This document shows positions 9,952 through 19,476 of a DNA stretch of 64,000 nt, piece after piece. Position 1 is the stretch's first letter; each line of letters opens with the position of its first letter. The notes beneath the pieces were generated by a model. It searched no databases, was not told the DNA's origin, and saw only the letters and a list, made by a program, of their open reading frames with translations. The DNA lies in contig JAXHMG010000002.1 of the NCBI GenBank assembly GCA_034521595.1, positions 96,001-160,000 on the forward strand, given 5' to 3'. This DNA is from Gemmatimonadota bacterium. GTDB lineage: Bacteria > Gemmatimonadota > Gemmatimonadetes > Longimicrobiales > Gaopeijiaceae. A program made the translations under genes and the position numbers.

Positions 9952-10815
9952 TCACTGCACTCCCAGCCCGAGCGTCTGGAGGCCTCCCTCGGCGAGCCAC
10001 TCGTCGTAGCGCATGCGAAGGGTCTCCACCGGGTTCGGGCTCTCGTCCATGGCCGTGTTCTCGTCGTCCACGTCGATGAAGAGCGTGTAGTCGCCATCCG
10101 AGTGGCCCTCCCCGATCGGGTCCTCCGGCCGCGCCGCGGCGATGTAGGCGACGTGCGCCGTGCGGTGGTCGCAGTCGATCTCGGTCTCGGGCACGGGATC
10201 CGCGCGGCACGAGCAGCGGCTGTCTCCACCCATGTAGTCGGCCGCTTCCATCGCGGCCATGACACGGTCGACCACGGTGCCCTCGTCCGCGAGGAATGCG
10301 TCCACGGCCGCCGTCACGACCCGATCGGACTCGAGAATGTTGCCCTGCACCGCGAAGTAGATGCCCTCGTCCTTGACCTCACTCTGGACCGCGAGCGCGG
10401 CGTAGCTGTTGCCCGTTCCCGAAAATCCGGCCATCCGGCCCTGGAGGTCGACGATGCCGAACTGCCGGCGCTGATAGTCCTCGTCCGCCGAGAGCATCTG
10501 CAAGATGACGTCGGGGTCGGTGCCCTCCCGCATCTCCTCGAAGATGAGCATCTGGTTTTCCCGCGTCCGGTCGACGCCCGCCTGCGCGGCGGCCACGCCC
10601 ACGCCGGGCACCACGACGGCCTGGATGCTCTTGAGCCCTCCGCGCGTCCGGAGGCCTTCGGCGGAGACGCACGTCGCCGAAGCGATGACCACGACGCCGG
10701 TCTCCGAGTCGACGGCGATGATGGACCAGGTGGCTTCGGCCCGGGTCGGGAAAACGGTCAGCGCAAGCACGGCGAGGGCGCCGAGCAAAGAGGTCCTGAA
10801 GAACGAGCGGCTCAT
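9952..10815 (-). CDS. DUF1028 family (Ntn-hydrolase-like) secreted protein
   Basis: Signal peptide then TWSIIAVD; RQFGIVD, QGNIL, GGDSR. Confidence 0.8.
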   Translation of the reverse strand: MSRSFFRTSLLGALAVLALTVFPTRAEATWSIIAVDSETGVVVIASATCVSAEGLRTRGGLKSIQAVVVPGVGVAAAQAGVDRTRENQMLIFEEMREGTDPDVILQMLSADEDYQRRQFGIVDLQGRMAGFSGTGNSYAALAVQSEVKDEGIYFAVQGNILESDRVVTAAVDAFLADEGTVVDRVMAAMEAADYMGGDSRCSCRADPVPETEIDCDHRTAHVAYIAAARPEDPIGEGHSDGDYTLFIDVDDENTAMDESPNPVETLRMRYDEWLAEGGLQTLGLGVQ

Positions 10816-11014
10816 GCGTCTCTCCTTGGGAGGGGCCGCGTGGGCGGATGCCCGCGGCTACGGATGATTCAGGCTTTCCAATCGCGCGAAGCGAACTCCG
10901 GTCCCATTATATGGGTCGGACGACGACTTCGCCCCCCATGGATCCGTGCAAAGGGGCGCTCCGTGTCAGCCACCGCAATCACCGAGCCCACTCCCCAACT
11001 TCGACCACACGCCC

Positions 11015-12052
11015 ATGACTTCACGCCGACCCCTCGAGCTCGGCATCGTCGACCAGTCCCCCGTACCCAACGGCCGGACGGCCTCCGAAGCCGTGCAAGC
11101 CACCCTCGAGTTGGCGCGGCTCTCCGAGCGGCTGGGCTACTCCCGGTACTGGCTCGCCGAGCACCACAGCACGAACTCCTTCGCCGGCTCCGCGCCCGAG
11201 GTGCTGATTCCCCGGGTCGCGTCGGTCACGGAGCGTATCCGGGTCGGCTCCGGAGGGGTGATGCTCCCGCACTACTCGCCCTACAAGGTCGCCGAGCAGT
11301 TCAGGATGCTGCAGACCCTCTTCCCCGGCCGCATCGACCTCGGTGTCGGCCGCGCGCCGGCCGGCACCGGAGAGGCGGCCGCGGCGCTCCGCTACGGGCG
11401 AGAGCCGATTCCAGTGGAGCGCTTCCCGGCACAGATCGAGGACCTCATGGGGTGGATCGGCGAGTCGCTCGCCGATGACCACCCGCTAGCCCGCGTCCGT
11501 GCCACTCCGCGCGGCACGGACCTGCCCGAGATGTGGATGCTCGGCTCCGGGGGATCGACGGCGGAGGTCGCAGCCCGGCTCGGGGTCGGCTACTCGTTCG
11601 CGCAGTTCATCAGCGGAGTCGACGGCAGCGCATCCGTGCGCGGCTACCGGGAGCGGTTCCAGCCCTCCGGCGCGGCCGCCGAGCCGCGAGCGAACGTGGG
11701 TGTCGGGGTGCTCTGCGCCGAGAGTCGGCAGGAGGCCGAGCGGCTCGCTCTGAGCCTCCATCTCTGGAGGATGCGGATCATGCGTCGGGTGGACCGGGGC
11801 ATCCCCTCGCCGGAACAGGCGGAGGAGGAGTTCCAAGCGTGGGGAGTCTCGCCCGAGCAACTCCTCCGCGAGGACACCCGCGTGATCGTGGGAGACCCGG
11901 AACAGGTCCGGGACGGCCTCGTCGAGCTGGCCGCCCGGTACGGGGTGGACGAAATCATGACCGTGACGGTCACCCACGACTTCGAGGCGCGGCGGCGCTC
12001 GTACGAGCTACTCGCGGAGGTGATGGGGTTGAAAGAAGCACAGGCGGCATAA
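11015..12052 (+). CDS. Luciferase-like (LLM) flavin-dependent oxidoreductase
   Basis: YWLAEHH, RVGSGGVMLPHYSPYKVAEQF, GRIDLGVGRAP. Confidence 0.92.
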   Translation: MTSRRPLELGIVDQSPVPNGRTASEAVQATLELARLSERLGYSRYWLAEHHSTNSFAGSAPEVLIPRVASVTERIRVGSGGVMLPHYSPYKVAEQFRMLQTLFPGRIDLGVGRAPAGTGEAAAALRYGREPIPVERFPAQIEDLMGWIGESLADDHPLARVRATPRGTDLPEMWMLGSGGSTAEVAARLGVGYSFAQFISGVDGSASVRGYRERFQPSGAAAEPRANVGVGVLCAESRQEAERLALSLHLWRMRIMRRVDRGIPSPEQAEEEFQAWGVSPEQLLREDTRVIVGDPEQVRDGLVELAARYGVDEIMTVTVTHDFEARRRSYELLAEVMGLKEAQAA

Positions 12053-12057
12053 CGAGC

Positions 12058-12088
12058 CCTGGGCGCCTCTCGTCGAGAGACGCCCAGG
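12058..12088. terminator. Hairpin between convergent genes (possible terminator)
   Basis: CCTGGGCG-CCTCTC-GTC-GAGAG-A-CGCCCAGG stem-loop; no strong T-tract. Confidence 0.45.
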
Positions 12089-12115
12089 CACCCGTGGCCT
12101 CCGTGTGCAACCCAC

Positions 12116-12385
12116 TCAGCTCTTGTCTTCTTCTTCGGATCCTTCCGCGTTCTTGCCCTTCCGCAGCGCGAGTGGAACCGCCACGGCGGTCGCGGCCACG
12201 GCGGCCGTCACGGCCGCACTCTTCCTGGTCACGAGCGACCGCGCGCCGCGCAGAGCCAGGAGGTTCCGCGTGCCCGTGAACGGGTGGCGTAGCAGGTACT
12301 TGAGAGTCTTGATGCGGGCGAATCGCTTTACGGCGTTCTGGTTCTTTCCAGCATCCTGCTTCTTGTCAGCGTTCTGCTTCTCCAC
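12116..12385 (-). CDS. Small basic hypothetical protein with C-terminal hydrophobic segment
   Basis: GTG start after GAAGGA; Lys-rich N-terminus and AVTAAVAATAVAVPLAL segment. Confidence 0.6.
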   Translation of the reverse strand: MEKQNADKKQDAGKNQNAVKRFARIKTLKYLLRHPFTGTRNLLALRGARSLVTRKSAAVTAAVAATAVAVPLALRKGKNAEGSEEEDKS

Positions 12386-12776
12386 GGTCGATCCTTCGTC
12401 GAAGGTGAGCAGCACGGGAAGCTCGATGGCGAGGGCCGTAGAACGGCTGCTCGGCCACGATCCCGCAAGGGCATAAGCATGCCCTATGCCCGCACTTACA
12501 CTTATGTGCAGTCCTGGTTCCACACACGGCTCCCTTTCCGCGGCGGTGCTCACTCGATAGTATGGATCTCAGAGGGGTCGGACGCGCCCACGGCGTGACC
12601 CGACCCACCTCGGGTGGCGGCTGCCTGGGGCCCGGATTCCCGGGTTCCCATCCCACGCCCGAGGGCCGGCATCGCACGAACGGGGCTCTTCGACGAGGAG
12701 CCCGTGAAGGATCTGCCTCGAGCGACCCTTCCGGAGACCCGGAAGGGACGGGGCTTCTCCATGCCGGAGGCGTGCG

Positions 12777-13274
12777 ATGGAATCGGAAGGGACCGTCCGA
12801 CTGGCCCGGGCTTTCTGCTCGGCTCGCGACCGGAACGTGCCCGTTCTTCGCCGGGAGCATGTCGCTCGCGCGGAGGACGCAGAGGAGCAGGAAGCGTCGG
12901 GCTCGGCCGCGTCACAGTCCGAGCCTGGCGGGACCGAAGACCGCCACGTCCCCGACGCCGCCACCTCGGACGAGGTGCCCGAGTTCGTGGCCTGCCTCGA
13001 CTACGGCGTGCGCTGCACGGGCTGGCTCTGCCCGCTCTTCACCCTTCCCACGCTCCCCCCCGAGGACCTCCTCGCCGAGGCGGTGGAGGCCGAGCGCACC
13101 CGGAAGGAGCAGTCGGTGGCCGACGGACGGGCCATTCTCGAACGCGCGGTCCGGGAAGGCGTGAGCCACCGGGAGCGCGCCGCCCGCCAAACCACCGGAC
13201 GAGCCCGATCGCCTGACCAGGGGGCCGACGTCCCGGAATCCGATTCCCCGTCCGATCCCCCACCGGCTCCCTGA
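12777..13274 (+). CDS. Hypothetical protein with 4 Cys (FCSA...CLDYGVRCTGWLCP)
   Basis: GGAGG RBS before ATG; coding-like composition. Confidence 0.55.
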   Translation: MESEGTVRLARAFCSARDRNVPVLRREHVARAEDAEEQEASGSAASQSEPGGTEDRHVPDAATSDEVPEFVACLDYGVRCTGWLCPLFTLPTLPPEDLLAEAVEAERTRKEQSVADGRAILERAVREGVSHRERAARQTTGRARSPDQGADVPESDSPSDPPPAP

Positions 13275-13339
13275 CCAGCCCCGACCCCTTCGACGCCCCG
13301 ATCCGGACGACCCCACGGCCTGAGCCCCGGAGCTTCGCC

Positions 13340-15160
13340 ATGCGCCCCACCGACGTCTCCGACCCGCACTACTACCACCGCGTGGTCGACTGCCAATGGG
13401 CCTGTCCGGCCCACACGAACGTGCCGGAGTACATCCGCCTGATCGCGCAGGGACGCTACACCGACGCCTACATGCTCAATCGGGAGTCGAACGTCTTCCC
13501 GGGGATCCTCGGCCGCACGTGCGACCGGCCGTGCGAGCCGGCGTGCCGGCGTACTCGCCTGGACGAAGAGCCGGTCGCCATCTGTCGGTTGAAGCGAGTC
13601 GCCGCCGACCTCCGCGAGGACATCTCGGAGCGCCTTCCCCGCGTCCCCGAAGAGAAGAACGGCCGGCACGTGTTGCTCATCGGCGCGGGCCCGGCCTCCC
13701 TCACCGTCGCGAACGACCTGATGCCGCTCGGCTACGAGGTCACGATCTACGAGAAGCTCGGGCGCGCGGGCGGGCTCATGTGGAACAACATCCCGCAGTT
13801 CCGTCTGCCGCCGCGCGTCCTCGACGAGGAGATCGACATGATCCTCGACATGGGCGTGGACCTGCGGTGCGACCACTCGGTGGAGAGCATGGCCGCCGTG
13901 CTCGAGGAAGGGTGGGACGCGGTCTTCATCGGGACGGGCGCCCCCCGGGGCAAGGAGCTGGAGCTTCCGGGTCGCTGGGAGGCGCCGGACCAGGTCCACA
14001 TCGGCATCGACTGGCTCCAGTCGATCGCGTTCGGCCACATCGACACCATCGGGAAGCGCGTGCTCGTGATCGGCGCGGGGAACACGGCCATGGACTGCTG
14101 CCGGAGCGCGAAGCGAATGGGCGGCGAGGACGTGAAGGTGATGGCGCGCAAGCCCCGGCCGCTGTTCAAGGCGAGCCCGTGGGAGCTCGAGGACGCCGAG
14201 GGCGAGGAGATCGAGATCCTCGAGAACCACTCGCCTAGCCGCTTCGTGCTCGAGGACGGCAAGCTCGTCGGCATGGAGTTCGAGGTCGTCCGTTGGCACG
14301 AGCCCGAGGGCGGCGGACGGCTACGGAAGGAAGTGCTCGACACCATCACGCTCCCGTGTGACGAGGTGATCCTCGCGATCGGCCAGGAGGCGGCCTTCCC
14401 GTGGATCGAGCGCGACATCGGGATCGCGTTCAACGACTGGGACATGCCCGTGGTCGACCAGGAAACGTTCCAGACCACGCTGCCCGGCGTGTTCTGCGGC
14501 GGCGACGCGGCGTGGGGACCGGAGAACATCATCTGGGCGGTGGAGCACGGGCATCAGGCCGCGATCTCCATCCACCAGCACTGCCGACAGCTTCCGGTCG
14601 AGGAGCGTCCGCCGTACGGCCAGAACCTGGTGAGCGTGAAGATGGGCCTCCACGAGTGGAGCTACTCGAACGACTACGACGAAGCGCACCGCCAGGAGAT
14701 GAGCTACGCCGACCTGAAGGAGCGGTTGGCCTCGATGGAGGTGGAAGCCGAGCTCGGGTTCGACCTCGAGCGCACGTGCCAGGAGGCGGAGCGCTGCCTG
14801 AACTGCGACGTGCAGACGCACTTCACGGAGGACCTCTGCATCGAGTGTGACGCCTGCATCGACGTGTGTCCGCTCGACTGCCTGACGATCACGACCAACG
14901 GCGACGAGCCGGAGATCCGGGCCCACCTCACCGCACCGGCGGAGAACCCCGATCAGCCGCTCTTCGCATCGGGTCCCCTTCCCCAAACCGAGAGGATCAT
15001 GTTCAAGGACGAGAACCTCTGCATCCACTGCGGGCTGTGCGCCGAGCGGTGCCCGACCGCGGCCTGGGACATGCGGAAATCCGAGCTGCTCAAGCCTTAC
15101 GCCGGCCTCGCGGCAGGGGAACGACATCCCACCCGCGTGCCCGTGGAGGTCGGACCATGA
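13340..15160 (+). CDS. GltD-like FAD/NAD(P)-dependent oxidoreductase with 4Fe-4S clusters
   Basis: CQWACP, GRTCDRPCE, GAGPAS, GAGNTAMD, two CxxCxxCxxxCP ferredoxin motifs. Confidence 0.9.
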   Translation: MRPTDVSDPHYYHRVVDCQWACPAHTNVPEYIRLIAQGRYTDAYMLNRESNVFPGILGRTCDRPCEPACRRTRLDEEPVAICRLKRVAADLREDISERLPRVPEEKNGRHVLLIGAGPASLTVANDLMPLGYEVTIYEKLGRAGGLMWNNIPQFRLPPRVLDEEIDMILDMGVDLRCDHSVESMAAVLEEGWDAVFIGTGAPRGKELELPGRWEAPDQVHIGIDWLQSIAFGHIDTIGKRVLVIGAGNTAMDCCRSAKRMGGEDVKVMARKPRPLFKASPWELEDAEGEEIEILENHSPSRFVLEDGKLVGMEFEVVRWHEPEGGGRLRKEVLDTITLPCDEVILAIGQEAAFPWIERDIGIAFNDWDMPVVDQETFQTTLPGVFCGGDAAWGPENIIWAVEHGHQAAISIHQHCRQLPVEERPPYGQNLVSVKMGLHEWSYSNDYDEAHRQEMSYADLKERLASMEVEAELGFDLERTCQEAERCLNCDVQTHFTEDLCIECDACIDVCPLDCLTITTNGDEPEIRAHLTAPAENPDQPLFASGPLPQTERIMFKDENLCIHCGLCAERCPTAAWDMRKSELLKPYAGLAAGERHPTRVPVEVGP

Positions 15161-17139
15161 GCCCCACGGCGAGAACGACCGGGCAGCAAGCCGCACCGGA
15201 AGGCGAAGCGCGCGCGGGCCCCGTACCCCACGCCAACGACTTCGCGCTGAAGATCGCCACGGCCAATGGGACCGGCTCGGCGAGTGCCAACGGGCTCCTC
15301 ATGAAGACGATCTTCCGCATGGGGATCCCCGTGTCGGGTAAGAACCTCTTTCCGTCCAACATCCAGGGGCTCCCCACCTGGTACGAGATCCGGGTGAGTG
15401 GCGAAGGACACACGGCGCGCCGGGCCGAGTTCGACCTGATGGTGGCGATGAACCCGGCCACGTACGAGCGGGACGTCCGGGAGGTGCGTCCCGGGGGATG
15501 GGTGCTCCACGACTCGAGCTGGCCGCTGCCGGAGGAGTTTCAGCGCAACGACGTGACCTTCCTCGGGGTCCCGTTGGCCCGGACGTGCAACGAGCGGTTC
15601 GAGGGCGCACGCGCACGCATCCTGCTCAAGAACATCGCCTACGCCGGAGTGCTCGCCGCGCTCCTCGACATGGATCTCGCGGTGATCGACACCCTTCTGG
15701 AAGAGACGTACGGCCGCAAAAAAGCGCTGCTCGACTCCAACTTCGCGGCGGTCCGCATCGGTCACGACTACGCTCAGGAACACTTCGACTGCCCCCTTCC
15801 GTTCCGCCTCGAGCCGAAGGAGGCGACGAAGGGACACATCCTCATCGACGGCAACACAGCCGCCGGGCTCGGGTGCGTGTACGCCGGGGCGACGGTCGCC
15901 GGCTGGTACCCCATCACGCCCTCGACCTCGCTCGTGGACGCGTTCACGGACTTCTGCGACGAGCTCCGCAAGGACCCGGACACAGGGAAGAATCGGGTCG
16001 CGATCGTCCAGGCCGAGGACGAGCTCGCCGCGATCGGCATGGTGGTCGGGGCCTCATGGATGGGCGCGCGGGCCTTCACGGCCACGAGCGGGCCGGGCAT
16101 CTCGCTCATGAGCGAGTTCATCGGGCTCGCCTACTACGCCGAGATCCCCGCGGTCATCTTCGACATCCAGCGGACGGGGCCCTCCACCGGGATGCCGACC
16201 AGGACGCAGCAGGGCGACCTCATGACGGTCGCGTACGCCTCGCACGGCGACACCCGACATATCGCGCTCTTCCCCGCGCACCCCGGTGAGTGCTTCGACA
16301 TGGCCGTGGAGTCGTTCGACCTGGCCGAGCGCTATCAGACCCCCGTGTTCGTCGTGTCGGATCTGGACATCGGGATGAACGACTGGGTCGTTCCGGAGAT
16401 CCGGTGGGACGACGCCTACCGGCCCGACCGGGGCAAGGTCCTGGGCGCCGAGGAGCTCGAGAAGATCGAGAAGTTCCACCGGTACCTGGACGTGGACGGC
16501 GACGGCATCGCCGCGCGCACCCTACCGGGCGTGCACCCGAAGGGCGCGTTCTTCACGCGCGGCTCGGGACACGATCGCTATGGAGGCTACACCGAGGACG
16601 CGGACGCCTACACGGACGTCGTGGACCGGCTCGACCGGAAGATCGCCGGGTCGGTGGCGCGCACGCCCAAGCCCGAGGTCCACGCCCGAAGCACCGGACC
16701 CGACGGCCGCATCGACGACCCGGCGCCCATCGGGCTCGTGACGCTCGGCGGCTGTCGCGCCGCCGTCCTGGAGGCCCGCGCACGACTGGCCGAGCGCGGC
16801 CTCGAGGCCGACGCCCTGCGCATCCGCGCTTTTCCCTTCGCTCCGGAGATCGGGCGTTTTCTCGAGAGCCACGAAGAGGTGTTCGTCATCGAGCAGAACC
16901 GCGACGCGCAGCTCCGATCGCTCCTGGCGCTCGAGACCGAGTTTCCACTCACGCGGATGACGTCGGTGCGTTCATACGGCGGGTTGCCGCTCAGCGCGAA
17001 GGAGGTGATCGAAGCCGTGGCGAACGCGGTCGAGAAAGGTGGAGCGGCTTCGACCGGGGAGGCGGAGCAGGTCGACTCGGGAGACATCGCCGCCACCGGC
17101 GCTCCCACAGCGGAATCCCGTAGGAGGAAGCGCGCATGA
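15157..17139 (+). CDS. korA: 2-oxoacid:acceptor oxidoreductase alpha subunit
   Basis: YPITPST, QAEDELAA, ATSGPGISLM, RTGPSTGMPT; ATGA overlap with the upstream gene; substrate uncertain. Confidence 0.9.
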   Translation: MSPTARTTGQQAAPEGEARAGPVPHANDFALKIATANGTGSASANGLLMKTIFRMGIPVSGKNLFPSNIQGLPTWYEIRVSGEGHTARRAEFDLMVAMNPATYERDVREVRPGGWVLHDSSWPLPEEFQRNDVTFLGVPLARTCNERFEGARARILLKNIAYAGVLAALLDMDLAVIDTLLEETYGRKKALLDSNFAAVRIGHDYAQEHFDCPLPFRLEPKEATKGHILIDGNTAAGLGCVYAGATVAGWYPITPSTSLVDAFTDFCDELRKDPDTGKNRVAIVQAEDELAAIGMVVGASWMGARAFTATSGPGISLMSEFIGLAYYAEIPAVIFDIQRTGPSTGMPTRTQQGDLMTVAYASHGDTRHIALFPAHPGECFDMAVESFDLAERYQTPVFVVSDLDIGMNDWVVPEIRWDDAYRPDRGKVLGAEELEKIEKFHRYLDVDGDGIAARTLPGVHPKGAFFTRGSGHDRYGGYTEDADAYTDVVDRLDRKIAGSVARTPKPEVHARSTGPDGRIDDPAPIGLVTLGGCRAAVLEARARLAERGLEADALRIRAFPFAPEIGRFLESHEEVFVIEQNRDAQLRSLLALETEFPLTRMTSVRSYGGLPLSAKEVIEAVANAVEKGGAASTGEAEQVDSGDIAATGAPTAESRRRKRA

Positions 17140-18191
17140 CGCATATCGCCAAGCCCAGGGTCCGGCACCCCGGCCTCCCCACCAACGAGCTCGGGCTCAC
17201 CCGCCGCGACTATGAAGGCTCCATGTCCACCCTGTGCGCCGGGTGCGGCCACGACTCCATCACGGCCGCGGTCATCCAGGCCGCCTGGAGCATGAGCCTC
17301 GAGCCGCACCGGGTCGCCAAGCTGAGCGGCATCGGCTGCTCGTCCAAGACGCCCACCTACTTCATCGGGGAGGCGCACGGGTTCAACGCGGTGCATGGCC
17401 GCATGCCCTCGATCGCGACCGGCGCCCAGGCGGTCCGGCCCGACCTGACCTACATCGGCGTCTCCGGTGACGGCGACTCGCTCGCCATCGGGATCGGTCA
17501 GCTCTGCCACGCCATCCGGCGGAACGTGGACATGCTCTACCTCCTCGAGAACAACGGGGTCTACGGGCTCACGAAGGGTCAGTTCTCGGCATCGGCGGAC
17601 GTGGGCTCGAAGGCCAAGAAGGGGCGGGTGAACCGGCAACCGCCCATCGATCCGCTCCTGCTCGCGCTCGGGCTCGGAGCGACGTTCGTGGCGCGTGGCT
17701 TCTCCGGGGACAAGGCCCAGCTCGTGCCGATCATCGAGGCCGGCATCCGCCACGAGGGGTTCGCGTTCGTCGACGTCGTCTCCCCGTGCGTGGCGTTCAA
17801 CGACCACGAGGGCTCGACCAAGAGCTACCGGTACACGCGCGAGCATCTCGAAGCGGCCGTGGAAGCCGACCTCGTGCTCCCGATGGCCGAGATCACGACC
17901 TCGTACGATCCGGGCACGGCCCGGGAGGTCCCCCTCCCCGACGGGAGCTCCGTCCTCTTCCGGAAGGTGCCCGAGGACTACGACCCGGAGGACCGCGACC
18001 AGGTCGACCGCTACATCCGGGCCCGGCAAGCCGAAGGCGAGATCCCGACCGGGCTGCTGTACGTGGATCCGGATGCCCCGGACCACAGCGAAACGATGGA
18101 GCTGGACGACCGGGCGCTCGCGGACGTGCCGTGGGAGGAGTTGTGCCCAGGAAGTGGGCGGTTGGAGGAGGTCCTGGCGGGGTTCAGGTAG
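17136..18191 (+). CDS. korB: 2-oxoacid:ferredoxin oxidoreductase beta subunit
   Basis: LCAGCGH, SGIGCSS, HGR, GDGD...NNGVYGLTKGQ TPP-binding motif. Confidence 0.92.
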   Translation: MTHIAKPRVRHPGLPTNELGLTRRDYEGSMSTLCAGCGHDSITAAVIQAAWSMSLEPHRVAKLSGIGCSSKTPTYFIGEAHGFNAVHGRMPSIATGAQAVRPDLTYIGVSGDGDSLAIGIGQLCHAIRRNVDMLYLLENNGVYGLTKGQFSASADVGSKAKKGRVNRQPPIDPLLLALGLGATFVARGFSGDKAQLVPIIEAGIRHEGFAFVDVVSPCVAFNDHEGSTKSYRYTREHLEAAVEADLVLPMAEITTSYDPGTAREVPLPDGSSVLFRKVPEDYDPEDRDQVDRYIRARQAEGEIPTGLLYVDPDAPDHSETMELDDRALADVPWEELCPGSGRLEEVLAGFR

Positions 18192-18292
18192 AATGGAGAG
18201 ATTGGGATGATGGACAAGCGTGAGCCCACCCGCGGCCGTTGTTGCGAGGCGAGCGACGAGGCCCCCACGCGCCCCTCCAAAACGAGAACAAG

Positions 18293-18508
18293 ATGAAGAA
18301 AAACATGGGCACTGCCGACCGGGCAGTCCGGCTCGTCATCGCGTTGGGTATCGGCGCTGCGTACGTCACCGGAGTGATCAGCGGTACGCTGGCAACGGTT
18401 CTCGCCGTGGTCGCCGTCGCCTTCTTCGTCACGAGCGCGGTCGCTACATGCCCGGGATATCTTCCTTTCGGCCTCTCGACCCGAAAGCAGCCCCCCGGAT
18501 CGTCGTAG
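18293..18508 (+). CDS. DUF2892 (YgaP-like) membrane protein
   Basis: MKKNMGTADRAVR...CPGYLPFGLST pattern. Confidence 0.85.
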   Translation: MKKNMGTADRAVRLVIALGIGAAYVTGVISGTLATVLAVVAVAFFVTSAVATCPGYLPFGLSTRKQPPGSS

Positions 18509-18528
18509 CCTAAGGCGGCCACCACCCC

Positions 18529-19368
18529 ATGCGACCGTACCGACCCGCGAACCCGTCGGACCCGCGACGTCGACGCCTACCCAGCGCGCATACCGTTCTC
18601 CTGGCGCTCGGCGCCCTCGTGCTCGCCCCGGTGGCGTGCGGCGACGACCCCACGGGTCCCAATGGCACGACCGACCCCGATTCCGACGGCGATGAGCCGT
18701 ACGCGCACGATCTGGCGCCCGGTGCCTCGGCCCACGACCTCCTCGCCGACGACACCTTCGAGCACCTGATCGTACAGATCCAGTACATCGAAGGCGCCGA
18801 GCCCACGGACGAAGGACTCACGCACCTCGAAGAGTTCCTCGAGGCTCGCCTGAACAAGCCGGGCGGAATCGAGCTCCGCAAGGACGACGCCCCGATCGCT
18901 TCCGGGTCGGGTCCGACGTACGGGGCCGCCGACGTGCGCGACCTGGAGGAGGAGCATCGGACGGTCTACACGTCGGGGGACACGCTCGCCGCCTACCTCG
19001 TCTTCCTGGACGGTGAGCACGAGCAGGAAAACGTCCTCGGCATCGCGTACAACAACACCTCGACCGCGATCTTCGGGGAAAAGATCCGTGAGCACACGGG
19101 GGGAACGTTCGAGCCCGACCGGTCCATGGTCGAAGGCACGGTCGCCAACCACGAGTTCGGCCACATCATGGGACTCGTGAACAACGGCACCGAGATGCAG
19201 GAGCCGCACCAGGACGAGGACAACGGCCACCACTGCGACGTGGACAGCTGTCTGATGTACTTCTCGGTCCGGACCACGGACTTCCTGGACAACCTCGTGG
19301 GCAGCGACGAGCCCCCGGACCTCGACCGGAGCTGCCTCGACGACCTGGCGGCGAACGGCGGGAAGTAG
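18529..19368 (+). CDS. Lipoprotein zinc metalloprotease (zincin)
   Basis: Lipobox PVAC; HEFGHIMGL; HC..SCLMY Met-turn-like region. Confidence 0.75.
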   Translation: MRPYRPANPSDPRRRRLPSAHTVLLALGALVLAPVACGDDPTGPNGTTDPDSDGDEPYAHDLAPGASAHDLLADDTFEHLIVQIQYIEGAEPTDEGLTHLEEFLEARLNKPGGIELRKDDAPIASGSGPTYGAADVRDLEEEHRTVYTSGDTLAAYLVFLDGEHEQENVLGIAYNNTSTAIFGEKIREHTGGTFEPDRSMVEGTVANHEFGHIMGLVNNGTEMQEPHQDEDNGHHCDVDSCLMYFSVRTTDFLDNLVGSDEPPDLDRSCLDDLAANGGK

Positions 19369-19476
19369 GCTTCGCCCGCGGCTGGACTTCCCCGCCCGCC
19401 CGCGGCAGACTAAGGCGTTCGGTGCCGACCGCCACCCCAGAGCGCCCATGCCGCCCAGCCCCGCGAAAGCCACGCG

